The notes under the pieces were generated by a model. It was not told the DNA's origin, searched no databases, and was given only the letters and a program-made list of their open reading frames with translations. The translations under genes were made by a program, and so were the position numbers. A stretch of 64,000 nt of DNA from the NCBI GenBank assembly GCA_035489435.1, contig DATHKG010000005.1, one strand, 5' to 3'. The DNA comes from Flavitalea sp. Its GTDB lineage: Bacteria > Bacteroidota > Bacteroidia > Chitinophagales > Chitinophagaceae. Within the stretch, counting starts at the first letter, position 1. Every line of letters begins with the position of its first letter. Below, in pieces: positions 40,108-49,706 of the stretch.

Positions 40108-41096
40108 AAGAGATACCGCTGAATATGCAGGCATTGCAGCTCCAGGCACTCAATAAACTGGTAAGAGTAACATTGCCGGTGCCAAAGCCAGGCGCTAACG
40201 AAGTTTTGATTCGCACTGCCGCCGCAACTATATGCACATCAGATCTGCATGATATCAGCAGTAATCCTTTTGGCATCGTCTTGCCCCGCGTATTGGGTCA
40301 TGAGGCATCGGGTGTGATCGTGGAATGTGGAGCGGAAGTAAAACATTTATCACCAGGTACCAGGGTAGCAGAACATCCTGTTATACCATGCAAGGAATGT
40401 GTTGAATGCAAAAGAGGGTTTGAACATGTATGTGCCAACATGGGTCATCTTGGATATGATCGTAACGGAACCTTTGCAGGGTATTTTGTACAGCGAGCGG
40501 ACCGGGTAATGGCTTTACCTGACAATTTAACGGCTGCTGAAGGCTCATTACTTGAGCCGGTCGCAGTCTGTCTGCAGGCAATTGCAAGGGCGGGAAATAT
40601 TAAAGATCGCACAGTGTTGATTGTGGGAGATGGCCCCTTTGGAAATATTATAGCAAGGCTGGCTATACGCGCCGGTGCGGGCAAAGTAATTGTTTCGGGT
40701 AAAGAACCTTTCAGGCTTTCGATGATTCCGGGGGTTACTATTGCAACTGAATTGCCTGTTAAGTCGGTAGATGTTGCCATACTCGCTGTTAGTTCAGCTG
40801 AAGCAGCCAGGGATTGTATCGCAGCGCTGAGACCACGTGGCAGGATGGTTATATTCAGTGGCCTTAAAGAGCCGGTTGCTATTGATTTATTTACTATTCA
40901 TCTGTCTGAACTGGAAATTGTCGGTGCATGCAATGATGAGGATAGAATGCAGGAGTCGCTTGAATGTTTAACCGATCCTTCGCTGGCGCTTCATGAAATT
41001 ATAACACACAAGCTGCCTTTTGAAAACTGGGAGCAGGCTTTTGATCTTGCACGTAACGGTCATGATAAAGCGCTGAAGGTTTCGATTATTTTTTAA
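40104..41096 (+). CDS. zinc-dependent medium-chain alcohol/sugar dehydrogenase
   Basis: TSDLHD...LGHEASGVIVECG...CKECVECKRGFEHVC (structural Zn) ...IVGDGPFGN (Rossmann). ATGA overlap with the upstream gene. Confidence 0.8.
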   Translation: MKEIPLNMQALQLQALNKLVRVTLPVPKPGANEVLIRTAAATICTSDLHDISSNPFGIVLPRVLGHEASGVIVECGAEVKHLSPGTRVAEHPVIPCKECVECKRGFEHVCANMGHLGYDRNGTFAGYFVQRADRVMALPDNLTAAEGSLLEPVAVCLQAIARAGNIKDRTVLIVGDGPFGNIIARLAIRAGAGKVIVSGKEPFRLSMIPGVTIATELPVKSVDVAILAVSSAEAARDCIAALRPRGRMVIFSGLKEPVAIDLFTIHLSELEIVGACNDEDRMQESLECLTDPSLALHEIITHKLPFENWEQAFDLARNGHDKALKVSIIF

Positions 41097-41162
41097 ATTG
41101 GAAACTTCAGTTGATTTCAAATCATAAAATAATAAAAGGGCAATGACCTCTAAAAGATAGAA

Positions 41163-42314
41163 ATGAAAATAACAAACGTTGAAGCATTCATATTAGAATC
41201 ACCCTTTGAAATTCGTCCCCCTGAAGGAAGCGATGAAGCACGTGGCGTAAAACATTGCCTGCTGATTAAAGTAAGCACTGACGAAGGTATTATTGGATGG
41301 GCAGATGTAGAAACTGCCCCTCACGTAGGTGCAGCGGCGGTTAACGCCCCTGAAAGCGGTATGGGTGTTTTTGAAGGTCTTAAATCATTGGTTATCGGCG
41401 AGGACCCTTTCGACGTTGAACGTCTTTGGGATAAGATTTATCGGGGTAGCATTTATTATGGCCGCAGGGGCGTAGCGATCCAGGTGCTCTCGGGTTTTGA
41501 TATAGCCTGTCATGATATCATGGGCAAGGCTATCGGCATGCCGGTGCATAAATTATTAGGGGGCGGAAGACGCAATCGCGTCAGGGCCTATGCATCCACG
41601 CTGTTCAGGCCAACACCTGAAGCTATGCGTGATGCCTGTGCATTTTATGTGCAACGCGGATTTACAGCTGTAAAATTTGGCTGGGGAGTTTTTGGGCAGG
41701 ATAAGAAAAAAGATATTAAACTGGTAGAAGCCGCCCGTGATGCACTGGGTCCGGATGTTGAACTGATGGTTGATGCAGGCTGGATGGTTGACAGAAGTGC
41801 TTATGACGCCATCGAACTTTGCCGCGCACTTGAACCTTACAATATATTCTGGCTCGAAGATTTTCTTCATCCTGAAAATTATGAAGGCTATGCAAAAGTA
41901 AAAGCTGCTGGTGTTAAAACCCGTATTGCTGCCGGTGAACAGGAAGCAACTGCCTGGGGTTTCCGCGAGTTGATAGTTCGTGGTGGTGTTGACGTAGCAC
42001 AACCGGATCTTTCGCGCTGCGGAGGTTTTTCACAAGCACGAAAAATCTTGTGGGAAGCGGAACATGCGGGTATTGATGTATGTCCTCATGCCTGGCTCAC
42101 TGATTTGCTGACAGCTGCAAGTCTTCACCTGAATGCAGTACTGCCAAGATCATTGTTCCTGGAATACAATGTTTGCGATAACCCAATGTTAAGGGAAGTG
42201 ATAGAAAACCCGGTTCAGATGGACGCTGATGGTTATATAGCAGTGCCTGGAGGACCGGGCCTGGGAATTAATATAAATGAAAAAGCAGTTAAACGTTTTT
42301 GTGTAAATCTGTAG
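41163..42314 (+). CDS. enolase-superfamily (MR/MLE) sugar-acid dehydratase (rhamnonate/fuconate dehydratase-like)
   Basis: 383 aa. KFGWG...VDAGWM...WLEDF...AGEQE...AQPDLSRCGG is the MR/MLE catalytic pattern. Confidence 0.75.
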   Translation: MKITNVEAFILESPFEIRPPEGSDEARGVKHCLLIKVSTDEGIIGWADVETAPHVGAAAVNAPESGMGVFEGLKSLVIGEDPFDVERLWDKIYRGSIYYGRRGVAIQVLSGFDIACHDIMGKAIGMPVHKLLGGGRRNRVRAYASTLFRPTPEAMRDACAFYVQRGFTAVKFGWGVFGQDKKKDIKLVEAARDALGPDVELMVDAGWMVDRSAYDAIELCRALEPYNIFWLEDFLHPENYEGYAKVKAAGVKTRIAAGEQEATAWGFRELIVRGGVDVAQPDLSRCGGFSQARKILWEAEHAGIDVCPHAWLTDLLTAASLHLNAVLPRSLFLEYNVCDNPMLREVIENPVQMDADGYIAVPGGPGLGININEKAVKRFCVNL

Positions 42315-42336
42315 TTGTCGAAATTAAATTGAACTG

Positions 42337-43095
42337 ATGAAAACTATACTTGAACATAAGCTGACTGAAGCCGAGGCCGCATTGTGGTGGCTGGGCCAGG
42401 CGGGTTATGTGTTGAAGGTTACCGGGCTTACCATTGTGATAGATCCGTATTTATCTGATTCTGCAGCAAATGGCGCTCCTGAATTTTCGCGATTGTATCC
42501 ACCGCCCATAAGCCCCGATGAATTAAAAGCGGATATAATCATCATCACACATAATCATGCTGATCACCTGGATCCTGAAACGCTTTCGCAATACAGGTAT
42601 AAAAACGAAACATGGTTTGTTGCACCCTGGCTAACAGCTGCAGCCCTTGTTAAGGTTGGCATTCCTGCGGAGCGCGTGGTGGTAGTTAATGCAGGACAAA
42701 CGCATAGATTCGGCCAGGCAGAGATTACCGGTGTTTTTGCCTTACCAACAGGAGCTGATGTTTTAGACACCACGGGCTACCTGGTAAGATTTGAAAATGG
42801 CAGAAGTATTTATCATACATCGGACACTCAATTTCATCCCCTTGTTGTTGATGCGGCACCAGCAAAACCAGATATTATGTTAGTGCCTATCAACGGTAAA
42901 TGGGGTAACCCGGGGCCGGAGCAGGCAGCATTTTTTGCCGGTGAAGTGAAACCAAGATTTGTTTTTCCAAATCATTATGATACGATGGCTTTGAATGCTG
43001 AAAATCCCGAAGTCTTCAAATGGTTTTGTGAAAACAAGGACCTCGGGGCAAAATGCATAATATCTGAAAGGATGAAGTCATTTGTGTGGGAATAA
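42337..43095 (+). CDS. MBL-fold metallo-hydrolase
   Basis: IIITHNHADHLD (HxHxDH motif). Confidence 0.7.
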   Translation: MKTILEHKLTEAEAALWWLGQAGYVLKVTGLTIVIDPYLSDSAANGAPEFSRLYPPPISPDELKADIIIITHNHADHLDPETLSQYRYKNETWFVAPWLTAAALVKVGIPAERVVVVNAGQTHRFGQAEITGVFALPTGADVLDTTGYLVRFENGRSIYHTSDTQFHPLVVDAAPAKPDIMLVPINGKWGNPGPEQAAFFAGEVKPRFVFPNHYDTMALNAENPEVFKWFCENKDLGAKCIISERMKSFVWE

Positions 43096-43179
43096 CAACA
43101 ATGCAAACCCTTATTGTCATATGCGAATTAACCAACGATATGTTTATCAAAAATAATTTCTGAACAAATAATTACTGAT

Positions 43180-43857
43180 ATGGAGACAACTGAAATGTTG
43201 ACCGACGAACAAAAATTTAAGTGGATCAAAGAAAACCTTTATGTAGCGCTGGTATGCGATGTCCTCGATAATCTTGGATACCGCAACCAGGCCATGCATC
43301 AACGCCTGCGGCCACTGGATCCCCAAAACAGTACTATGGTTGGTAGGGCAAAAACATTGCGATGGATGGAAACAGATTATATTGAGGACGATGCTTATAC
43401 CCTGGAAATAGAAGCGGTCGATTCATTAACTACAGGTGATGTGGTTGTTCATTCTACCGACTTTGCCGGCACAAATGCTCCCTGGGGTGAATTGATGAGC
43501 ACGATCGCCAAAAGAAACGGTGCTGTTGGTTGTATCTGCGACAGCATGATAAGAGACTGCCGGAAAATCATGGCGATGCAGTTCCCCGTGTTTTATGGCG
43601 GCATAAGGCCCCTGGATAGTTTGGGTAGGGGGAAGGTAATGGCTTATGATGTGCCGGTAAGATGCGGTGATGTAGTTGTGAATCCTGGCGAACTCATCTT
43701 CAGTGATTTTGATGGTATAGTTGTGATCCCACGCGAGGTTGAAGACAAGGTGCTTGAACTGGCATTTGAAAAAGGACATAAAGAAAATCAATCCCGTAAT
43801 GATCTGCTTAATGGGGATTCACTTAAAATAGTGTTTGACCGTTATGGCGTACTTTAA
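43180..43857 (+). CDS. RraA-family protein (putative 2-keto-3-deoxy-sugar-acid aldolase/decarboxylase)
   Basis: 225 aa with the RraA/MenG-like fold pattern (...GDVVVHSTDFAGTNAPWGELM...GCICDSMIRD...). Confidence 0.6.
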   Translation: METTEMLTDEQKFKWIKENLYVALVCDVLDNLGYRNQAMHQRLRPLDPQNSTMVGRAKTLRWMETDYIEDDAYTLEIEAVDSLTTGDVVVHSTDFAGTNAPWGELMSTIAKRNGAVGCICDSMIRDCRKIMAMQFPVFYGGIRPLDSLGRGKVMAYDVPVRCGDVVVNPGELIFSDFDGIVVIPREVEDKVLELAFEKGHKENQSRNDLLNGDSLKIVFDRYGVL

Positions 43858-43869
43858 TTATTCTGTACT

Positions 43870-44577
43870 ATGAACATACTATGTGTGGCCGCCCATCCTG
43901 ATGACATTGAAATTCTTTGTGCGGGCACTTTGATAAAATATGCCAAACAGGGTCACCAGGTTACGATGGCTGTTTTTACGACAGGTAATATGGGCGACAC
44001 TCATATAAAACCACAGGAGCTTGCTGCAATAAGGGAAAAAGAAACACGTGCTGCTGCGGCGATTATTGATGCAAAGCTAATCTGGGCGGGAGTGGATGAC
44101 GAACATGTATTTCCAAATGAAAATCAACGCCGGATCATGATCGATGTTTTGCGCGAAGCTGACCCGGACTTAATATTTACCCATTCACCAAATGATTATC
44201 ATCCCGATCACAGGTATGTGAGCCAACTTGTATTTGATTCTTATTTTCAAAAAGGACTGCCTTTTATTCCCGGTCAATCTTTCCCGGCCTGTCGTTTCGG
44301 GCAGGCCCAGCTATATTATATGGATAATCTTGGTGGGATAGGGTTTCTGCCAACTGAATATGTTGACATCAGCAATGAATTCGAGGTGAAAAAACAAATG
44401 TTGTCCTGCCACGAGAGCCAGGTTGTGGCTATGAAAGAGCTTGCGTTCACGGATATGATTGAAATGATTGAAGTGCAGGCGCGTTTCCGGGGACTAGGTG
44501 CCGGCTGCCGGTTTGCAGAAGGATTTACAAGGCTCGAAGCTTATCAACGGGGCCTTACCAAACGTGTGCTTCCATGA
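43870..44577 (+). CDS. PIG-L/LmbE-family deacetylase
   Basis: MNILCVAAHPDDIEILCAGT...HPDHR. Confidence 0.75.
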   Translation: MNILCVAAHPDDIEILCAGTLIKYAKQGHQVTMAVFTTGNMGDTHIKPQELAAIREKETRAAAAIIDAKLIWAGVDDEHVFPNENQRRIMIDVLREADPDLIFTHSPNDYHPDHRYVSQLVFDSYFQKGLPFIPGQSFPACRFGQAQLYYMDNLGGIGFLPTEYVDISNEFEVKKQMLSCHESQVVAMKELAFTDMIEMIEVQARFRGLGAGCRFAEGFTRLEAYQRGLTKRVLP

Positions 44578-45377
44578 ACCTGAACTACGTAACGTGGAAA
44601 AATTGCAAGGCTGCCAGAATTACCACCACCCATTGTGAACTAATTATCGGCCTTTCCGCAGGTCCAAGAATTCTATCCCTCACATATAACGGCGGAGCCA
44701 ACTTATTATATGAAGATGCTACCGGCTTTGGTGTAGGAGAGTGGCGGCTATATGGCGGTCATCGTTTCACTATTGCGCCTGAAAACGATAGCAGTTATTA
44801 CCCGGATAACGAAACCTGTTCCGTAAATATAGCGGGAGAACTGGCGATTATATCCGCACCTATCCGAACCGATGAATTGCGTTTGTCCATTAAGGTTAGT
44901 GTGCTGGCTGGTGGTTCGGGGTTTGAACTTGTTCATATACTTGAAAACTACGGGAGCATAGCATGGTCCGGGGCTCTTTGGGCCATCACCTGCATACCGG
45001 GATCAGCTAATATCACAGCTTCCTGTTCTACAGAAAATATCGTTTACTGGCCGGGAACGGAAAGCAGGAACTGGCCTTCTTCAGACGGGTTTATGGTTGT
45101 AAAACCAGGTGATTTCCGGGGTAAAGCAGGATGGCATGAAAGCCAGGGTTGGCTATCCGCCGGGCAGGATGGTGGGAAATTAATTATTCAACACCAGGAA
45201 AAGACTGAACCGGCGGATTGTGTGGATAACGGTTGTAACCTGGAAATTTTTGCCTGCAAAGATTGGATAGAACTAGAAACGCTTGGCGCTATGGTTTCAG
45301 TTGCCTCAGGCGGTTTTACGCAGCATGCTCAACACTGGCTTGTTTCGGATAACCGAAGTATAGCGCAACTTATTTAA
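44574..45377 (+). CDS. hypothetical protein
   Basis: 267-aa ORF, 4-nt overlap with the upstream gene. No motif assigned. Confidence 0.5.
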   Translation: MNLNYVTWKNCKAARITTTHCELIIGLSAGPRILSLTYNGGANLLYEDATGFGVGEWRLYGGHRFTIAPENDSSYYPDNETCSVNIAGELAIISAPIRTDELRLSIKVSVLAGGSGFELVHILENYGSIAWSGALWAITCIPGSANITASCSTENIVYWPGTESRNWPSSDGFMVVKPGDFRGKAGWHESQGWLSAGQDGGKLIIQHQEKTEPADCVDNGCNLEIFACKDWIELETLGAMVSVASGGFTQHAQHWLVSDNRSIAQLI

Positions 45378-45402
45378 TACTCTAAAAACCAGGAACCAGT
45401 TT

Positions 45403-47007
45403 ATGGATAAATTCCATCTTTCCGTACTTGATATTATAATAATTGTTGCCGAAACCTTGCTGGTGGTTGTGATAGGCCTTATGGCAGCAAGAAAAGTGAA
45501 ACGGACAGCAGAAGGTTATTTTCTTGCTTCGGGCAATATGCCATGGTACCTGATCGGTGCCGCTTTTGTTTCAACCAGTGTTTCAAGTGAACAGATTGTT
45601 GGTACCATTGGTGCTACCTACAAAGGCGGAATGGCTATAGCAAACTGGGAGTGGTGGGCGCTGCCTACTTATCTCCTGATGATGGTCTTTTTTATTCCCT
45701 TATACCTTCGGAACAAAATCATGACGGTACCGGAATTATTAAACCGTCGTTTCGGACCTGCCTGTGGTGCTATTTACAGCGTTGTAATATTAGTCGGTTA
45801 CCTCTTCGTGTTTTTGCCACCTGTTATTTACGGCGGCAGTATTACTCTTAGTGAATTAACTGGATGGCCCCAGGGTTATGTTATGGCAGGCATTGTGCTG
45901 GTAACAGCAAGTTATACGCTTGTCGGTGGTTTGAGTTCTGTAATGTGGACCGATGCCATTCAATGCGTAATGCTCATTGGTGGTGGTGTGATATTCTTTT
46001 TTGTGGCGCTCGACAAAATACCCGGTGGCTGGGATGCAATGGTATCTGCCAGGCCGGAAAGATTTCATTTATATCGGCCGCCTTCTGATCCGGAAGCGCC
46101 TTTTGCAGGACTGATACTGGCTTCATTTGGTGTGTTTTTATTTTACCAGTCATCTAACCAGGTAATGATACAGCGTATACTGTCTGCCAGGAGTACCTGG
46201 GATGGTATGATGGGTTTGATTTTCTCCGGCTTTATTAATATCATCAGGCCACTAGTAACTTGTTTATTGGGTCTTGTGGTTTATCATTGGTTGGATGTGA
46301 TGCATAAGGGGCCTTCACTACTTCCGGATAACCAGGATAGCACTTTCCCGCTGGCACTTCAACTGTTTGCGCCATCAGGACTAAAGGGGGTGATACTCGC
46401 TGGTTTTTTTGCAGCGGTGATGTCGACTGTTAGTGCCCTGGCGAATTCGATAGCCACTATATTTTCCCTTGATGTCTATAAAAAATATTTTCGCAAGGCA
46501 GCTGGTGACCGGGAGTTGATCATCACAGGCCAGGTTTCCGGTGGTGCGGCATTGTTGTTTTCTTCATTGATCGCCCCACTGGTTGGCAGCGTTGGTTTAT
46601 TTAAATATTTTCAGACAGGTGTAACCTATATGGCAACACCGTTTATTTCTGTTTTGCTACTTGGTGTTTTGTGGAAGAGAACCAGTTATGCGGGAGCTAT
46701 AGCCGGATTGATTGGTGGTGTGGTAATACAGGTAGCCTTAGCCGTTATTTTATTTTCACTTGATATTACGCTGCACTGGCTATATGTGGGTGCGATTGCG
46801 CAGGCATTGACCATGATATTGATTGTCCTGGTCTCGCTATATTCTACTCCGCCTTCCGAGGAGCAGGCAAAGCCGTTCACCTGGCGTTTATCCTGGCTGA
46901 AGAGCCTTGAAGATAAAGGTGTAAAGCACCCCTGGTATAAAAGCATTGCATTTTGGCTGACCTTGTATGCATTTGCCTGGTGTTATATTTATTGGAGGTT
47001 TTGGTAA
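45403..47007 (+). CDS. sodium:solute symporter (SSS family)
   Basis: 534 aa with about 13 TM helices. ...ASGNMPWYLIGAAFVSTSVSSEQIVG... is typical of SSS. Confidence 0.85.
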   Translation: MDKFHLSVLDIIIIVAETLLVVVIGLMAARKVKRTAEGYFLASGNMPWYLIGAAFVSTSVSSEQIVGTIGATYKGGMAIANWEWWALPTYLLMMVFFIPLYLRNKIMTVPELLNRRFGPACGAIYSVVILVGYLFVFLPPVIYGGSITLSELTGWPQGYVMAGIVLVTASYTLVGGLSSVMWTDAIQCVMLIGGGVIFFFVALDKIPGGWDAMVSARPERFHLYRPPSDPEAPFAGLILASFGVFLFYQSSNQVMIQRILSARSTWDGMMGLIFSGFINIIRPLVTCLLGLVVYHWLDVMHKGPSLLPDNQDSTFPLALQLFAPSGLKGVILAGFFAAVMSTVSALANSIATIFSLDVYKKYFRKAAGDRELIITGQVSGGAALLFSSLIAPLVGSVGLFKYFQTGVTYMATPFISVLLLGVLWKRTSYAGAIAGLIGGVVIQVALAVILFSLDITLHWLYVGAIAQALTMILIVLVSLYSTPPSEEQAKPFTWRLSWLKSLEDKGVKHPWYKSIAFWLTLYAFAWCYIYWRFW

Positions 47008-47042
47008 TGGATAAAAAAAAGTTCTGTCGTAATTCATAACAT

Positions 47043-49439
47043 ATGAAAAATATTTTAATCACCTGCATTCTTTTGATCTTCATAAATTTGCTTACGGCAC
47101 AGCAGCTGTTTGTTTCAAACACAAATTCAGGTGTTAACCCGAATCTGTTGCGTAAGCAATGGGCATCAAAATGGATCACCTCCCCGGATAATGACCCAAG
47201 AGCTTATGGTGTTTATCACTTCAGGAATACTATCACTCTCAACACCAGGCCTGCAAAGTTTATCATCCATTTATCGGCCGATAACCGCTATCGGTTTTTT
47301 GTAAATGGTGTGCCGGTTTGCAGTGGACCGGCAAGAGGTGACCTGTATAACTGGTACTTCGAAACGATGGATATTGCTTCTTATCTAAAGCCTGGCGCCA
47401 ATACCCTGGCTGCATTGGTCTGGAACATGGGTACGCTGGCCCCGGTAGCACAGATTTCTAACCAGACTGCTTTCGTAATACAGGGTGATGGTGATGCCGA
47501 AAAAATGGTTAACTCGGGATCTAACTGGAAAGTGATAACAAGTAAAGCTTATGAACCATGTTCAATGGATAACATGGCGCGCATGAAAGCGTATATGGTG
47601 ATTGGACCGGGAGATAAGGTAGATGCATCAAAATATCTCTGGGGATGGGAACAGCCGGGTTTTAATGACAAATCATGGAAGCCGGCTATCACGGTGGCAA
47701 CTCCTTCACCATCCGGAACAGGTACCGATAATCAATGGACTCTCACTCCCCGCAATATTCCATTGATGGAAGAGACGTTGCAACGCATCAACGTTATTCG
47801 ACGCTCTAAAGGTGCTAATGTTTCACAGGAGTTCTTATCCGGCAAAAAAGCGTTAACCATATCGCCAAATAAAAAGGTTACCATCTTACTTGACCAGGAG
47901 TTTAACACGGTGGCCTATCCCGAATTGTTGGTAAGTGGTGGCAAGGGATCTTCGGTGAAGCTCACCTATGCCGAGGCTTTGTTCAACAGTAAGCGGGAAA
48001 AAGGAAATCGCAACGAGGTCGACCAAAAAGAAATCATTGGTAACTACGATATTTTTCTGCCTGATGGCGGCAATAGCCGTTTGTTCAGGCCACTTTGGCT
48101 AAGAACATATCGTTATCTGCAGCTGGATATCAGTACCGCCGACGAAGCATTAACCATAAACGACCTCTATGGTATGTTCAGCACTTATCCTTTCGAAGTA
48201 AAAGCGTCGTTTGCAAGCAACGACACCAGTATGAAGTCGTTATGGGACGTGAGCTGGCGCACAGCCAGGCTTTGTGCGGGTGAAACATATTTTGATTGTC
48301 CTTATTATGAGCAATTGCAGTATGAAGGCGACACCCGCATCCAGGCGCTTATCTCTTTGTATGTAACCGGCGATGACCGGCTGATGCGTAAAGCAATCAT
48401 CGATTTTAATAATTCGCGCGTGCCTGAAGGACTTACCCAGGGCCGCTATCCAAGTAGCAGGCTGCAGCTGATTCCGCCTTATTCCCTTATTTGGGTATCT
48501 ATGGTTTATGATTATTGGATGCACCGGAAAGATGATGCATTTCTGAAACAATTCCTGGTCCCCATTGCGGGTGTATTGAACTGGTACGAGCAAAAAATAG
48601 ACATGGATAAAAAAATGCTTGGACCAATGAACTGGTGGAACTTCGTTGACTACACCAAAGCTTTCAACGATGGTGTTCCTGAGGGTGCAGTAGATGGAAA
48701 TTCTTCGGTTATTACGCTTCAATACATTTATGCACTGAAACATGCTGCAGCTTTATTCAATGCTTTCGATAAAAAATATGAAGCTGCACATTATACTCAG
48801 CTGGCAGACCTGTTGAACACAAATACATATAATAATTGCTTCGATAAAAGCAGGGGTTTAATGGCAAATACACCGGATAAGAAGGTTTTCAGTCAACATG
48901 CGAGTTTACTGGGCGTACTTACCGGGGCAATTCCCGAACAAGATGAAAAGGATGTAATGACAAAAGTGCTGAGCGATCAAAAGATCGGACCGGTTACTTT
49001 TTATTTCCGCTTTTACCTGAACCAGGCTCTGAAAAAAGCGGGCATGGGCAATCTATATTATCAGCAGCTTACTCCATGGCGCCAAATGCTAAAAGTTGGC
49101 CTGACCACTTTTGCTGAAATGCCCGAACCTGCAAGATCCGATTGTCATGCCTGGAGCGCAAGTCCCAACTATGATTTCCTGGCAACCATTTGCGGAGTAG
49201 TTCCTGGTAGTCCTGGCTTTTCGACTGTCGTTATCGCTCCTTCACTGGGTGAATTGACAGAAGTAAACGCTACTGTTCCGCATCCGGAAGGGTCAATAGC
49301 GGTGGCGCTTAAACGAACTGGTGAAAAAGGCGTAAGCGGAACAGTTTCTTTGCCATCAAACATTACCGGGAAGTTTGTGTGGAATGGAAAAGAGATTGTT
49401 TTGAAAGCAGGTGCTCAAACAATATCAATATCAGAATAA
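47043..49439 (+). CDS. GH78-like alpha-L-rhamnosidase (secreted)
   Basis: Signal peptide. The N-terminal domain ...RYRFFVNGVPVCSGPARGDLYNWYFETMD... resembles the rhamnosidase N-domain. ...PARSDCHAWSASP... lies in the (alpha/alpha)6 catalytic domain. Confidence 0.7.
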   Translation: MKNILITCILLIFINLLTAQQLFVSNTNSGVNPNLLRKQWASKWITSPDNDPRAYGVYHFRNTITLNTRPAKFIIHLSADNRYRFFVNGVPVCSGPARGDLYNWYFETMDIASYLKPGANTLAALVWNMGTLAPVAQISNQTAFVIQGDGDAEKMVNSGSNWKVITSKAYEPCSMDNMARMKAYMVIGPGDKVDASKYLWGWEQPGFNDKSWKPAITVATPSPSGTGTDNQWTLTPRNIPLMEETLQRINVIRRSKGANVSQEFLSGKKALTISPNKKVTILLDQEFNTVAYPELLVSGGKGSSVKLTYAEALFNSKREKGNRNEVDQKEIIGNYDIFLPDGGNSRLFRPLWLRTYRYLQLDISTADEALTINDLYGMFSTYPFEVKASFASNDTSMKSLWDVSWRTARLCAGETYFDCPYYEQLQYEGDTRIQALISLYVTGDDRLMRKAIIDFNNSRVPEGLTQGRYPSSRLQLIPPYSLIWVSMVYDYWMHRKDDAFLKQFLVPIAGVLNWYEQKIDMDKKMLGPMNWWNFVDYTKAFNDGVPEGAVDGNSSVITLQYIYALKHAAALFNAFDKKYEAAHYTQLADLLNTNTYNNCFDKSRGLMANTPDKKVFSQHASLLGVLTGAIPEQDEKDVMTKVLSDQKIGPVTFYFRFYLNQALKKAGMGNLYYQQLTPWRQMLKVGLTTFAEMPEPARSDCHAWSASPNYDFLATICGVVPGSPGFSTVVIAPSLGELTEVNATVPHPEGSIAVALKRTGEKGVSGTVSLPSNITGKFVWNGKEIVLKAGAQTISISE

Positions 49440-49706
49440 ATAGTGCAAAAGCTTTTTTGTATCATATATATTTTATATCTTAATTTTTACAATCCCACTC
49501 TGGAAAATTATTCTTTCAATATTGACTGACGCCCTACCAAAACTATTTAGTAATCCCATTTCACCATTTATTGCAATATGCCAGGCTAAAATTAGCGAGC
49601 TGCAAAAAATCAGATCCATAAAATCGAAAGTCAAAGCACAAATTTTATGGACAATGAAGGAATGTATTACTGCAAATATATACCCGACAAATAAACCTAT
49701 ACCTAT

